Shown: positions 1-8,866 of the stretch, in pieces
Numbering within the stretch: position 1 is the first letter of the stretch
Layout of the letters: each line of letters begins with the position of its first letter
Assembly (NCBI GenBank): GCA_019419955.1
Contig: JAHZIB010000004.1
Coordinates: 21,089-85,088 of the forward strand
Direction: 5' to 3'
Length of the DNA stretch: 64,000 nt
From: Clostridiales bacterium
GTDB lineage: Bacteria; Bacillota; Clostridia; TANB77; CAG-508
Position numbers and translations under genes: made by a program
Notes under the pieces: generated by a model
Told to the model about the DNA's origin: nothing
Databases searched by the model: none
The model's input: only the letters and a program-made list of their open reading frames with translations

Positions 1-2196
1 AAACATTGTACTAATTGGTTTCTTTTTTATATTATCTGAAACTAAGCCAGCTGTGAATTTTTCAAAGTTATATTCCTTTATTTTCTTAGGTTCTTTGTAT
101 TTTGCTTCTAAGAAGTCCAATTTGCCTTTTGCAACATAACTTTTACCTTTTGCATCTTTAACTTTAAATAAAATTTGCTTACCTTTTAAAGACTTAATCT
201 TACCAGCCATATAGTTAGGTTTCCACTTGTAGTTGATACTAGCAAGTTTTGTGTCATAACCAAAGTTTTTCTTATCAGGGTCGGTTTCATAACTCTTATT
301 CCAATCCCATTCTCTTTTTTCTTCCAATTCAGTTTGCCACCAAGTAACATCTTCTGGAAGTGCATTTCCAAATATTGCCTTATTTACACAGTTTGCTAAT
401 ATTTCATCTTTAAAGTTACCATGTTCATCAGCAAGTTGAGAAAGTGTTTGAGCTGATAAAATATTACCTACTTTATATTTTCTATATACTGTAAATACAG
501 GCTCAATTGCTTTACAAATAAACTCTGGAAAATCGTCTATATACAAGAAGTGAGGTATTCTTGTACTATCATTTCCAGGCCTTGATAATACTGATTGTTG
601 CATCAACAATAAAAAGAATATACCAAATGCCTTGTGTGCGTTTGCTCCTAAATCGCTTCTTCTCGTACATACATATGTAACTTCACCATTTGCTAAAACT
701 TTATCAAACTCTAGATTGTTTGTTCTATTACATAATATGTTTTTAACTCCTGGATACCTTAGTAAATTATCTAGCTCTGCAGATGCTGTGTATATAGATT
801 GCTTTGTATTTTTTAAATCTTTACTATCTGCATAGAAATTATTTTCAAAGTATTTAATAAGTGTTCTGTATTTAGTAGCTAATGCAGGAATATCTTTCAT
901 CTTTTTTGTCATATCTTCTACTAGAGAAAAATCATTCATCATATCTAACATATCTTCTAAGTTAGGCAAATCTCCATCATGCATTTTAGGATACATTTCC
1001 TTTAATAGAATTGATAAATTTTCAATAATTTGAATTGCTGTATTTTCTCTAAAAGCTAGCTGTACATCGGGTCTACTTGTAGCATATAGACCTTTTAAAA
1101 CAGAAGATATTGCAATACCAGTTTTAATAGGGTCTTCATATACAAAAGGATTCATTCCTGGAGAGTCTGCATTATTAGGGTCTATAAGATTTACTTTAAT
1201 TTTATAATTTTTAGCAACACTAAGCATTTTTTCAATTGAGTCACAATCAGCAGAAAGATATGTCAAACCGAAGTTTCTGTACATATATTTTCCACCAGAT
1301 GAACACAAAATCATTTTCTTCATATAAGCATTATATAAATTTACCTTATCAGGATTTGGAGTAAGCATATTGAGAGAAAAATTCTCGCTCAAATATGTGT
1401 TATCATAAGGAGTATTTAAAGTTGCAATTCCTGTTTTTAGAGCTGTATATCCCATTTCCTTAGAAATTTCTTTGAAGAAAAATTTTCTATCTAAATCTCT
1501 TGCAATCATAGGCTCGTATATCATAGTGGTTTTTCCAGAGCCGGAAACGCCAACTACTAAGAAGGATTCTAATCTTTTAGACTCTGGTATAATAACATCC
1601 TCACCAGATTCTGAGTCATTACATAAAAATATTTCACATGAGTATTTTCCAGTATCCTTTGGTTTTCCAGAGAGACTAATTCCTCCATAATCAAAAATTG
1701 AGTCTTTCAAATCTTTTGAGTCATTAACTGTAAATGTAAGCCACTTAAATACCTTGTAAAATGTTACAAGAGGTATGTATAACGAAATTGCAGAAAATGC
1801 AGGTCTAAACAAATTTGAGTAATTGCTTACAATCTCTGCATAGTTTGGAACAGAGAGAATAAGTCCCCATGCTAAGGAGTTTAAACCTTGAACTACAAAA
1901 GATACTATTAATATATATAAACTAATTATGTACGTATTAAAAAACCTTAGCTTGTCTACATCTGCTTTTACAAATTTCGAAGAGAATGAAAAATAGAAAG
2001 CAAAAATCAAGCAACCAAAAGCCAAAGTATATTCTATAGGTCCCCAATATGAATAAGAAACTCCTGTAAATATCATAAACATTAACTCGACCAATCTATC
2101 AACAAGAATATATGCTGAGATTAAAGTTAAAATATATGTCATAAATGTATTTCTATCTGTTTTTAAAAATTTAAGAAACTTATCTATATATTTCAC
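1..2196 (-). CDS. TraG/TraD/VirD4-like type IV coupling protein (membrane-anchored P-loop ATPase); C-terminus lies outside the window
   Basis: The minus-strand frame is open from the window edge to GTG at 2196 (GGTG SD upstream). It is absent from the ORF track because its stop is outside the window. My translation shows N-terminal hydrophobic helices, Walker A LVVGVSGSGKTT, HFLYIDDFPEF (Walker B-like) and ISAQTLSQL. Confidence 0.6.
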   Translation of the reverse strand, partial: MKYIDKFLKFLKTDRNTFMTYILTLISAYILVDRLVELMFMIFTGVSYSYWGPIEYTLAFGCLIFAFYFSFSSKFVKADVDKLRFFNTYIISLYILIVSFVVQGLNSLAWGLILSVPNYAEIVSNYSNLFRPAFSAISLYIPLVTFYKVFKWLTFTVNDSKDLKDSIFDYGGISLSGKPKDTGKYSCEIFLCNDSESGEDVIIPESKRLESFLVVGVSGSGKTTMIYEPMIARDLDRKFFFKEISKEMGYTALKTGIATLNTPYDNTYLSENFSLNMLTPNPDKVNLYNAYMKKMILCSSGGKYMYRNFGLTYLSADCDSIEKMLSVAKNYKIKVNLIDPNNADSPGMNPFVYEDPIKTGIAISSVLKGLYATSRPDVQLAFRENTAIQIIENLSILLKEMYPKMHDGDLPNLEDMLDMMNDFSLVEDMTKKMKDIPALATKYRTLIKYFENNFYADSKDLKNTKQSIYTASAELDNLLRYPGVKNILCNRTNNLEFDKVLANGEVTYVCTRRSDLGANAHKAFGIFFLLLMQQSVLSRPGNDSTRIPHFLYIDDFPEFICKAIEPVFTVYRKYKVGNILSAQTLSQLADEHGNFKDEILANCVNKAIFGNALPEDVTWWQTELEEKREWDWNKSYETDPDKKNFGYDTKLASINYKWKPNYMAGKIKSLKGKQILFKVKDAKGKSYVAKGKLDFLEAKYKEPKKIKEYNFEKFTAGLVSDNIKKKPISTMF

Positions 2197-2293
2197 TCAT
2201 TTCACCACTTTCAAAAATAAAATAACACATATATATTATCTTATAAAATTGGAAAAAATACAAGCCTTTTTGCCAAAAAATTCATACTTTTTG

Positions 2294-2443
2294 CTACTAG
2301 ATAAAGATAAAAAAATAATTGTACTGCAACGGGATTTCCGATAAAAATTTTCACAATCTTGGTAAGCGTCCATTTGTGAAAATTTTTATCAGAAATCTCC
2401 ATTTGCGGACTTCAAATGTGCAATAACTATTATCTAGTAACTA
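2294..2443. repeat. Family B nested palindromic intergenic repeat, copy 1 (full length)
   Basis: Outer arms are CTACTAGATAA / TTATCTAGTAA. Inner arms are GATAAAAATTTTCACAA / TTGTGAAAATTTTTATC, around the loop TCTTGGTAAGCGTCCA. It is homologous to 4649-4795, 37755-37835 and 43199-43280. Confidence 0.8.
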
Positions 2444-2496
2444 CTTTTTTGGCACGTTTTACACATAGTATAATAGGTACAAGAATAGTATTAAAT

Positions 2497-4140
2497 ATGA
2501 GAAAAACAAATAAAAGAAAATTAAAGAAATCAAGTTTTACAAAAAATATATTAATTTTATTGATTACTCACATGGTGGTAAAAATAATTGGAGTTGTAAA
2601 TAAAATATATTTAACAAATAGAGAGGGATTTGGAGACGAAGGAAATGCAATATATTCTAGTGCATTTCAAATTTATGCTCTTTTTCTTACTATATGCTCC
2701 ATTGGAATACCAAATGCAGTATCAAAATTGGTTTCTGAAAAATTGGCTATAGGTGATAGCAAAGGTGCACATAAAGTGTTTAAAATAGCAGTAATTGCAT
2801 TTGGAGTTTTAGGATTTACAAGTTCAATAATTTTATTCACTTGTGCACATAATATATCACACAATTGGTTTCAGATTCCAGAGGCAGAGCTTAGTTTAAT
2901 TGCATTATCACCATCAATATTTTTTGTGTCAATAACTGCTGTGATAAGAGGCTATTTTAATGGTAGAGAACATATAAGCGCTGGAGCTAATTCACAGACA
3001 ATAGAGCAAATATTTAGAACAGTAATTACAATAATATTAATAGAGATAATATCAAAGAATACTGGAACGGATACAAGAGTTATGGCAGCAGGTGCAGCAA
3101 TTGCTACAACAATTTCAGAAATAATCTGTTTTACATATTTGTTTAAATATTATAAAAGTGTTAGCAGAGAAATAGCAAATGAAATGAAAAATAGTCTAAA
3201 TTATAAGTATAGTGGAATAAGAAAAACAATATTTGATATATTAGCAGTATCAATTCCGATGTCTATAGGACCAATTTTAGCGGGAATTAATAAAAATATA
3301 GATTCTATGACTATTGTAAGAGGCTTGAAAAACTTTATGTCAGATAGTAGTGCCAAGCTAGAATATGGTATGTTGGTTGGAAAAATAGACACATTAGTAG
3401 TGTTTCCTCTGTCATTTAATGCGGCTTTTAGTAGTACACTAATACCAATGGTTTCAGCAGCAAAAGCAAGTAATAATTTTGCACCAGTTCAAAGGAAAAT
3501 TAAATTTTCATTATTAATAGCATTATTAGTAGGAATTCCATGTACAGTAGGACTGATGCTTTTTGCACAACCAATTTTAGAATTATTATTTCCGAATCAA
3601 TCTGCTGGAGCAAATTTGTTGCAAATTAGTGCTGTTTCTATAACTTTTATGATGTTAAATCAAAATGTAAATGCGGTACTACAAGGCTTAGGGAAAACAA
3701 TCATTCCAACAATTGGACTAATTATAGGAATGATTGTGAAACTTTCACTCAATTTATTATTAGTTCCTATAAATCCATATGACTTTTTCTTAGGCGGAAC
3801 TAGAGGAGCAGCAATTGCAACAGCTTTATCTAATATAATAATGTTTATTGTTTCAGCAATTTTCTTAAAGAAATTTATTAAGATAGGAATACAAAAAAAG
3901 CAAATAATAAAAATATGTATGGCAACAATTATGATGGCTATTTGTACAGTTTTTATATATAATAGTTTTTTAGGTATAATTTCTAGTAAATTGTGTATAA
4001 TACTAGCGTTAGTATTTGCAATAGCAATTTATTTAGTGTTAATACTAATTTTAAGAGTATTCTCAGAAGAGGAAATATTAGTATTACCATATGGGAATAA
4101 AATATATGGAATTTTGAAGTTTTTAAAAATATATAAATAA
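2497..4140 (+). CDS. spoVB: SpoVB/MurJ-type (MOP superfamily) polysaccharide/lipid II flippase
   Basis: This is a polytopic membrane protein. The N-terminal motif GDEGNAIYSSAFQIYALFLTICSIGIPNAVSKLVSE is typical of SpoVB/MurJ. I moved the start to ATG 2497 because the ORF-track start at 2416 lies inside repeat B1. Confidence 0.7.
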   Translation: MRKTNKRKLKKSSFTKNILILLITHMVVKIIGVVNKIYLTNREGFGDEGNAIYSSAFQIYALFLTICSIGIPNAVSKLVSEKLAIGDSKGAHKVFKIAVIAFGVLGFTSSIILFTCAHNISHNWFQIPEAELSLIALSPSIFFVSITAVIRGYFNGREHISAGANSQTIEQIFRTVITIILIEIISKNTGTDTRVMAAGAAIATTISEIICFTYLFKYYKSVSREIANEMKNSLNYKYSGIRKTIFDILAVSIPMSIGPILAGINKNIDSMTIVRGLKNFMSDSSAKLEYGMLVGKIDTLVVFPLSFNAAFSSTLIPMVSAAKASNNFAPVQRKIKFSLLIALLVGIPCTVGLMLFAQPILELLFPNQSAGANLLQISAVSITFMMLNQNVNAVLQGLGKTIIPTIGLIIGMIVKLSLNLLLVPINPYDFFLGGTRGAAIATALSNIIMFIVSAIFLKKFIKIGIQKKQIIKICMATIMMAICTVFIYNSFLGIISSKLCIILALVFAIAIYLVLILILRVFSEEEILVLPYGNKIYGILKFLKIYK

Positions 4141-4268
4141 TGTTAAAAAATGTAGTATTATGCATTTTTTAACAAAAAAAAGAAGGATTTTAGATAAGTT
4201 TGGAGAATATTGATATTAGTAGATAGCGTTTCAGTCTACATATGAAAATCTTATAGGAGGTAATGAAA

Positions 4269-4547
4269 ATGAACAAATCAGAATTAATCGCAGATATCGC
4301 AGCTAAAACAGGAGCAACAAAAAAAGATGCTGAAGCAACATTAAATGCTTTCGTAGATGTTGTAACAGAATCATTAGTTAAAGGAGACAAAGTTCAATTA
4401 GTTGGATTTGGTTCTTTCGAAGTAAGAAAAAGAGCTGCTAGAAAAGGCAGAAATCCACAAACTAAAGAAGAAATAAAAATACCAGCTTCTAAAGCACCTG
4501 TATTCAAAGCAGGAAAAGCATTAAAAGAATTAGTAAATAAAAAATAA
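4269..4547 (+). CDS. hup: HU family DNA-binding protein
   Basis: [15 protein letters not shown]...[20 protein letters not shown] is the canonical HU sequence. AGGAGG lies 9 nt upstream of ATG 4269. Confidence 0.95.
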   Translation: MNKSELIADIAAKTGATKKDAEATLNAFVDVVTESLVKGDKVQLVGFGSFEVRKRAARKGRNPQTKEEIKIPASKAPVFKAGKALKELVNKK

Positions 4548-4581
4548 TTCAAATTTTATATAAAAATATGAATTCATAGGG

Positions 4582-4611
4582 GATATAGGAGTGACTTTCC
4601 TATATCTTTTT
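4582..4611 (+). terminator. Rho-independent terminator after hup
   Basis: Stem GATATAGGA / TCCTATATC is followed by TTTTT. Confidence 0.7.
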
Positions 4612-4648
4612 ATTTGTATAGAAGGTTAAAAAAATTTAAGATGAAAAA

Positions 4649-4795
4649 TTAGTAGATAATGGTTAAAAAATAATTGTCCTGCAACAGGAGTTCTATTAAA
4701 AAATGTTACAAATTGACGCTTACCAAGCTTGTGAAAATTTTTAATTTGAATATCTCTGTGCAGATTTCAAATATGTAATAATCATTATTTAGTAA
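4649..4795. repeat. Family B nested palindromic repeat, copy 2 (full length, central loop inverted relative to copy 1)
   Basis: The arms are the same as in copy 1. The central loop GACGCTTACCAAG is the reverse complement of CTTGGTAAGCGTC in copy 1. Confidence 0.8.
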
Positions 4796-4883
4796 AATAG
4801 AAAATTAAAAGTGTAAATTAAAATATAGAAAAAAGGAATAAATTATGATAAAATAATTCATATTAAAAATAGGAGGGATAATT

Positions 4884-5018
4884 ATGAATAAATACAAATG
4901 TATAGCTTGTGGGTACATTTATGACGAAGAAGTAGAAAACGTTAAATTTGAAGACTTACCAGAAGATTGGGTATGCCCATTATGTGGAGTTCCAAAGAGT
5001 AGCTTTGTAAAAGTTTAA
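4884..5018 (+). CDS. Rubredoxin (44 aa)
   Basis: Not in the ORF track because it is under 60 aa. The sequence [16 protein letters not shown]...[14 protein letters not shown] has two CxxC pairs. AGGAGGG SD is upstream. Confidence 0.9.
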   Translation: MNKYKCIACGYIYDEEVENVKFEDLPEDWVCPLCGVPKSSFVKV

Positions 5019-5083
5019 ATTAATAAGAAAATGGGAAATGCATCAAATACTTCACTAGAGGTAGTACATTAGTAAAGAGAAAT

Positions 5084-5117
5084 CCTATAACTAAAATGAA
5101 TTAGTTATAGGTTTTTT
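5084..5117 (+). terminator. Rho-independent terminator after rubredoxin
   Basis: Stem CCTATAACTA / TAGTTATAGG is followed by TTTTTT. Confidence 0.75.
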
Positions 5118-5132
5118 CAATTTATATAAAAT

Positions 5133-5160
5133 GTTCGAAGTTATATACATTGGTGCAGAT
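5133..5160. repeat. att-like remnant: third, short copy of the tRNA-Leu 3' end plus its flank
   Basis: CATTGGTGCAGAT (5148-5160) is identical to 16449-16461 and contains the first 10 nt of the tRNA-Leu 3' end. GTTCGAA lies 8-9 nt upstream in both copies. Confidence 0.45.
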
Positions 5161-5400
5161 AGGAAAGCCAATATGCTGCATATATGTTTTTTTATTTAGT
5201 AAGTGTATATTCCATGTATAAAGATTCATAATATGTATTGTTAAATAAAGCTAGAAAATATTAAATATCTGTTGTCATTTTTTAGGAAATGTTATTTTTA
5301 TTATCATTATGATGGTATTAAAAATAAGATTATCCATTTATTTAATAAAAATTAAGTAATTTTATCCAAAAACTTTTGCGAAAATTTTTTTCATTTATCT

Positions 5401-6363
5401 TTAATTCCATGTAGATATTCCTAGCATAATTCTATATTTCATTGCTGTTGTATATATTTTGTACAATATATCTAAAATGTCATCACAATTTAACATTAAA
5501 TCAGCTAGTTTATCTAGTTCTTCATCTGTAAAGTCTCTTATAACATATTTATTATCTTTGTATTCATACATATACTGAGGTTGAAATAAGAATGATTTTT
5601 CATTATTCATTAAGCAATTAAAGTCATTCATAAGTTGTAACCATGATGCTTTTAGTCCTTCATATCCTGATGAATCTCTAAGCTCTATATTCTTAGGTAA
5701 TGTACCACTTCTTATATTCTTCCATGATTCTGCAGCAGTCATAAATTTTTGCTTTGGAACATCTGTGATTTCATTTTGTATATCATTATATCCACCAATT
5801 CCTGAAGCATCAACCATTTTCCATCTTTTTTCTTCAATACTGTACCATTCAATATTCCATTGATCATCACATTTGCCATTTGTATTATGGTATTTTGCGA
5901 AACCAACTCTTACTCTTGCTGGTATCCCTTTACTCTTCAGTGTACTTGCAAGCATTAAAGCATGTCCTCTACATACAATATGTATTTTATCTTTTGCTTG
6001 CCTATTTACTGAATATGTTTTATCTCGTCTTAGAAGTTCTGCAAAAATACTGATAGCCGTTTGAAAGATATCTTCTTCATTATTTAATCTATCTAAAGGA
6101 ACTTTTCTCATATCACCATTAGGATTATCCTTTTCTTCTCTAATATCTTTACTAAAGAATAATTCTCTTGCATGTATGGTTTGCGTTCTTTGTAATACGC
6201 ACAACTCTTCAATGTCTTCTGGTAATCCTTTTGTAAATTCAGCATACGGTCCTAAGTATGTATAAGGACTTGTTTGTAAATAGAATATTAATAATTTATT
6301 TAATTCCAAATTGTCTAATTCCAAAATTTGATTTATTCTTTTTTTGTAAAGGTTATTTTCCAT
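5401..6363 (-). CDS. Transglutaminase-like (papain-fold) domain protein
   Basis: HIVCRGHALMLASTLKSKGIPARVRVGF is a Cys nucleophile motif and WKMVDAS supplies the Asp. The usual HxWxE position reads DQWNIEWY, so His is replaced by Gln. Confidence 0.55.
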   Translation of the reverse strand: MENNLYKKRINQILELDNLELNKLLIFYLQTSPYTYLGPYAEFTKGLPEDIEELCVLQRTQTIHARELFFSKDIREEKDNPNGDMRKVPLDRLNNEEDIFQTAISIFAELLRRDKTYSVNRQAKDKIHIVCRGHALMLASTLKSKGIPARVRVGFAKYHNTNGKCDDQWNIEWYSIEEKRWKMVDASGIGGYNDIQNEITDVPKQKFMTAAESWKNIRSGTLPKNIELRDSSGYEGLKASWLQLMNDFNCLMNNEKSFLFQPQYMYEYKDNKYVIRDFTDEELDKLADLMLNCDDILDILYKIYTTAMKYRIMLGISTWN

Positions 6364-6368
6364 TATTA

Positions 6369-6938
6369 TTATTCTCTATTCCTTTCATCTTCCTTCGACT
6401 TTGTATGTCTTCTAAAAAACATTCTTTTTTTGGTCTTTGTTTGCTCTATATTTATAACTATTTCTTCCTTACTATGTTCTTGGCCTTCAGGGTATAGTTT
6501 ATAATTTTTTAATGTTTCATCTAACCATTGTATAAAATAATCTAATCTTAATAAGAAATCTGCTTCATGATTATATTCTAGTTTTAGTTCAATGTTAGGT
6601 AATTTTCTATCTAATAATCCCATATATTTTTTATTTATTTTATCTTCTTTATCTTCTTTTAGTAATTGTTCATATTTTTCTATTAAAATTTCAGCTTGTT
6701 GTTTATCAATTTCTTTTAAAGTATCTAATATTTTTTTCATTATTGCAAAAAACTCTTCATGTTTTTTACCTAATCTGAAATTTTGAATTTCACTTTTCTT
6801 TTTTATATATTGATTAATTAATGGAATAATAAATTCTTTGGCATCAACAGGCTCATCATATTTTGCATATCTTCCCATATTATAAGAACCAGTTGAATAT
6901 CCTCCAGTTTGATATTTACCTTTTATTGAATTGACCAT
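6369..6938 (-). CDS. Hypothetical protein (G/S/Y-rich N-terminus, helical K/E-rich body), co-oriented 5 nt upstream of the transglutaminase-like gene
   Basis: ORF with GGAGGAAG 12 nt upstream. No recognisable domain. Confidence 0.5.
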   Translation of the reverse strand: MVNSIKGKYQTGGYSTGSYNMGRYAKYDEPVDAKEFIIPLINQYIKKKSEIQNFRLGKKHEEFFAIMKKILDTLKEIDKQQAEILIEKYEQLLKEDKEDKINKKYMGLLDRKLPNIELKLEYNHEADFLLRLDYFIQWLDETLKNYKLYPEGQEHSKEEIVINIEQTKTKKRMFFRRHTKSKEDERNRE

Positions 6939-7100
6939 GTTCTAGAATAACTTCCTCCGACCATAGAGGTATACCTCCTTAATTTTTTTATTTTTCACAT
7001 CATTTTTATTATACTATAAAATGGCAAAAAAGTCTATAAAATTAATACTTCTGTCAGGGTAATTTCATAAAATATTACGAAATTGTAATTAGGAATAATA

Positions 7101-7478
7101 GAAGATGAAAGAGCTTCATTTACAACAAAACATAAATTAATAGACATATTGAAATTAGTTATGATATCAGTATTATGTGGAATGGATGAGTTAAATAAAA
7201 TGATTAATTATGGAAATAGTAAAAAGGAATTTTTAGAAAAAGAATTTGAAATAAAATCTATTCCATCAAAATTAACATTAACAAGAATATTTGTAATGAT
7301 AGACCCAAAATGATTAGGGCTAAGTATTGTAGAAATAGTACAAAGTTTAATAAAAGAAAAACATACTCAAATAATGATAGATGGAAAAGCAATAAAATCA
7401 ACAGATGCAATAAAGAGCATAGAAAAAATAATGAATATTGTAACAGCATATACAAATACGGGAATATCATTTGATATA
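7101..7478 (+). pseudogene. ISAs1-family transposase pseudogene (N-terminal part only, in-frame TGA at 7311)
   Basis: My translation reads KHKLIDILKLVMISVLCGMDE...IPSKLTLTRIFVMIDPK*...IMIDGKAIKST...NIVTAYT. This matches the DDE_Tnp_1-associated N-terminus of ISAs1 transposases. The homology stops abruptly at about 7478. Confidence 0.65.
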
Positions 7479-7479
7479 G

Positions 7480-7691
7480 TAGAATTAGATTTATGCCTTT
7501 CTGCTTGTAAAAACCTTTCAATTTCATTTCTAGTTACATTCTGTATAGGTTTAAACATAAAGTTATATGCACTACAAGCCTTTATAGTTTGCATATTTGC
7601 CGATATTTGTTCCTTTTGTTTCTTCACTTTCTTCTAACATTGCGATATTAGGCAAATAATAATCTCCATATTTTGTATATTCTAAATTCAT
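7480..7691 (-). pseudogene. Fused stubs: TnpV-like N-terminus (MNLEYTKYGDYYLPNI) and a tyrosine-recombinase N-domain-like fragment
   Basis: The GDYYxPN motif is shared with the intact TnpV at 11550-11939. After a frame change comes FKPIQNVTRNEIERFLQAE, which resembles an integrase core-binding domain. The fragment is truncated at the junction with the ISAs1 fragment. Confidence 0.4.
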
Positions 7692-7724
7692 TAAAATCAC
7701 TCCATTTCTTTTAATTTTCAAAAT

Positions 7725-8261
7725 TATATTTGCATATAAAAAATCTAAATCATCATAATGCCTTCGCTTATAATTTTGATAGCTGTTTTTCTTTCCTCTA
7801 TTGTTATAATTATTATTGTTATAGCTTGGTCGTAAATTTATCGTGTCGTGAGTCGTAGATTTTACAATTCTGGACTCGTAATTTTTACGAATCATTTGTA
7901 TTAGATTTTTATTATGGTCTATTTTACCAACATAAATTAAATTAGGTTTGTTAGCACCTTGTTTTTTCTAGTAGATTAACTTACCATTCATTTAACTGCT
8001 TAAATGCTTTTGTAACAGTTTTATCAGATAAGCCTAGTAATTCTTGTACTTCTTTCCTAGTAAATATAAAAAAATATTTCCATCTTTATCAACCCAATTA
8101 TTTTTAGCAGATAATGTTAGTCTATTTAGTATAACTCCATAGAGGATTTTACTATCTGAATTTAGTTTATTTTTATACTTTTTGTTGAAAAATAACTCCA
8201 TTGGTATTTGATAATATAAATACTCAAAACATTCATGAGCTTTGTATGGTATAAAATCCAT
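7725..8261 (-). pseudogene. RepA_N-type replication initiator pseudogene (several frameshifts and one in-frame stop)
   Basis: YYQIPMELFFNKKYKNKLNSDSKILYGVILNRLTLSAKNNW parallels the intact copy at 16832-17386. Downstream homology (TRKEVQELLGLSDKTVTKAFKQL, KPNLIYVGKI, RKNYE, LYANI) can only be read by switching frames. Confidence 0.75.
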
Positions 8262-8451
8262 TTTTACATCCTTTCTGATAATCAGAATAGGAATAATAAT
8301 AAATAAAGGGCGTATTTGATAGAATTATCAAAGATTAAAAATTTTCCCGACATGCAATCCCGACATTCTATATACATTTAAGAGTGTTTTTGAGAACTTT
8401 TAAAAACTCTTTTTTAATCCTTATAAAATAGGGGATTTCCTTGAAATTACG

Positions 8452-8563
8452 CAAAAAATACAGGTTAGAAATTTGATTTCTAACCTGATATTTTGGTGCC
8501 AACGACGTAGATATTTACAACTCGTTAGCTCTCTTGACGAACGACTAAATAGTCATTCAAGTT
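8452..8563 (-). ncRNA. Candidate small RNA (promoter plus terminator, no ORF)
   Basis: On the minus strand, TTGATT(8598-8593)-17 nt-TGgTAATAT(-10 at 8575-8570) forms a promoter. About 110 nt downstream is a perfect 12-bp hairpin (8461-8487) followed by TATTTTTT. Confidence 0.35.
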
Positions 8564-8641
8564 ATAAATATATTACCAAATTATTTTATAAAAATCAAGT
8601 GAATTTCTAAAAAAGTTTTTACAAATATTTGTTTGTATCTA

Positions 8642-8670
8642 TTGCTTTGTTGTAAAATGTATGTTATACT
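8642..8670 (+). promoter_or_regulatory. Sigma-A-type promoter of the small toxin-like gene
   Basis: TTGCTT-17 nt-TGtTATACT (extended -10). Confidence 0.55.
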
Positions 8671-8752
8671 AACTGACATAGGAAATGAGAATAAGCAGAT
8701 GTGGTTTTTGCCACCAATTTTACGAATCTTCGTAGGAAAGGTGGTGATGTTT

Positions 8753-8866
8753 ATGGTTAAAGTGATACTATTTTTTATACTATCCTTAATGTTATCTTTA
8801 ACATTAAACGTTGCCTTGATAGCAGTTCTATATAAGAACTGGGTTGATAAGCAACTACATAAATAA
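8753..8866 (+). CDS. 37-aa hydrophobic peptide, candidate type I toxin
   Basis: MVKVILFFILSLMLSLTLNVALIAVLYKNWVDKQLHK has one TM helix and a polar, charged tail. The SD is AAAGGTGG. An upstream CCACC (8711-8715) can pair with the SD GGTGG (8741-8745). Confidence 0.5.
   Translation: MVKVILFFILSLMLSLTLNVALIAVLYKNWVDKQLHK

Noticed and set aside
2416-2496. ORF-track start of the SpoVB-like gene at 2416 (MCNNYYLVTT...).
   Set aside because: These codons lie inside the right arm of family B repeat copy 1 and have no SD. The conserved SpoVB/MurJ N-terminus begins after ATG 2497.
7258-7637. Track ORFs 7258-7527(-), 7367-7627(-) and 7374-7637(+) as genes.
   Set aside because: They overlap one another across the junction of the ISAs1 fragment and the recombinase fragment. 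Only parts show homology-like sequence, so I treated them as pseudogene debris.
8495-8530. TGGTGCCAACGACG... considered as another tRNA 3' remnant or att copy.
   Set aside because: Only TGGTGC is shared with the tRNA-Leu end. No T-arm (GGTTCGA-like) complement follows, so the match is compatible with chance.
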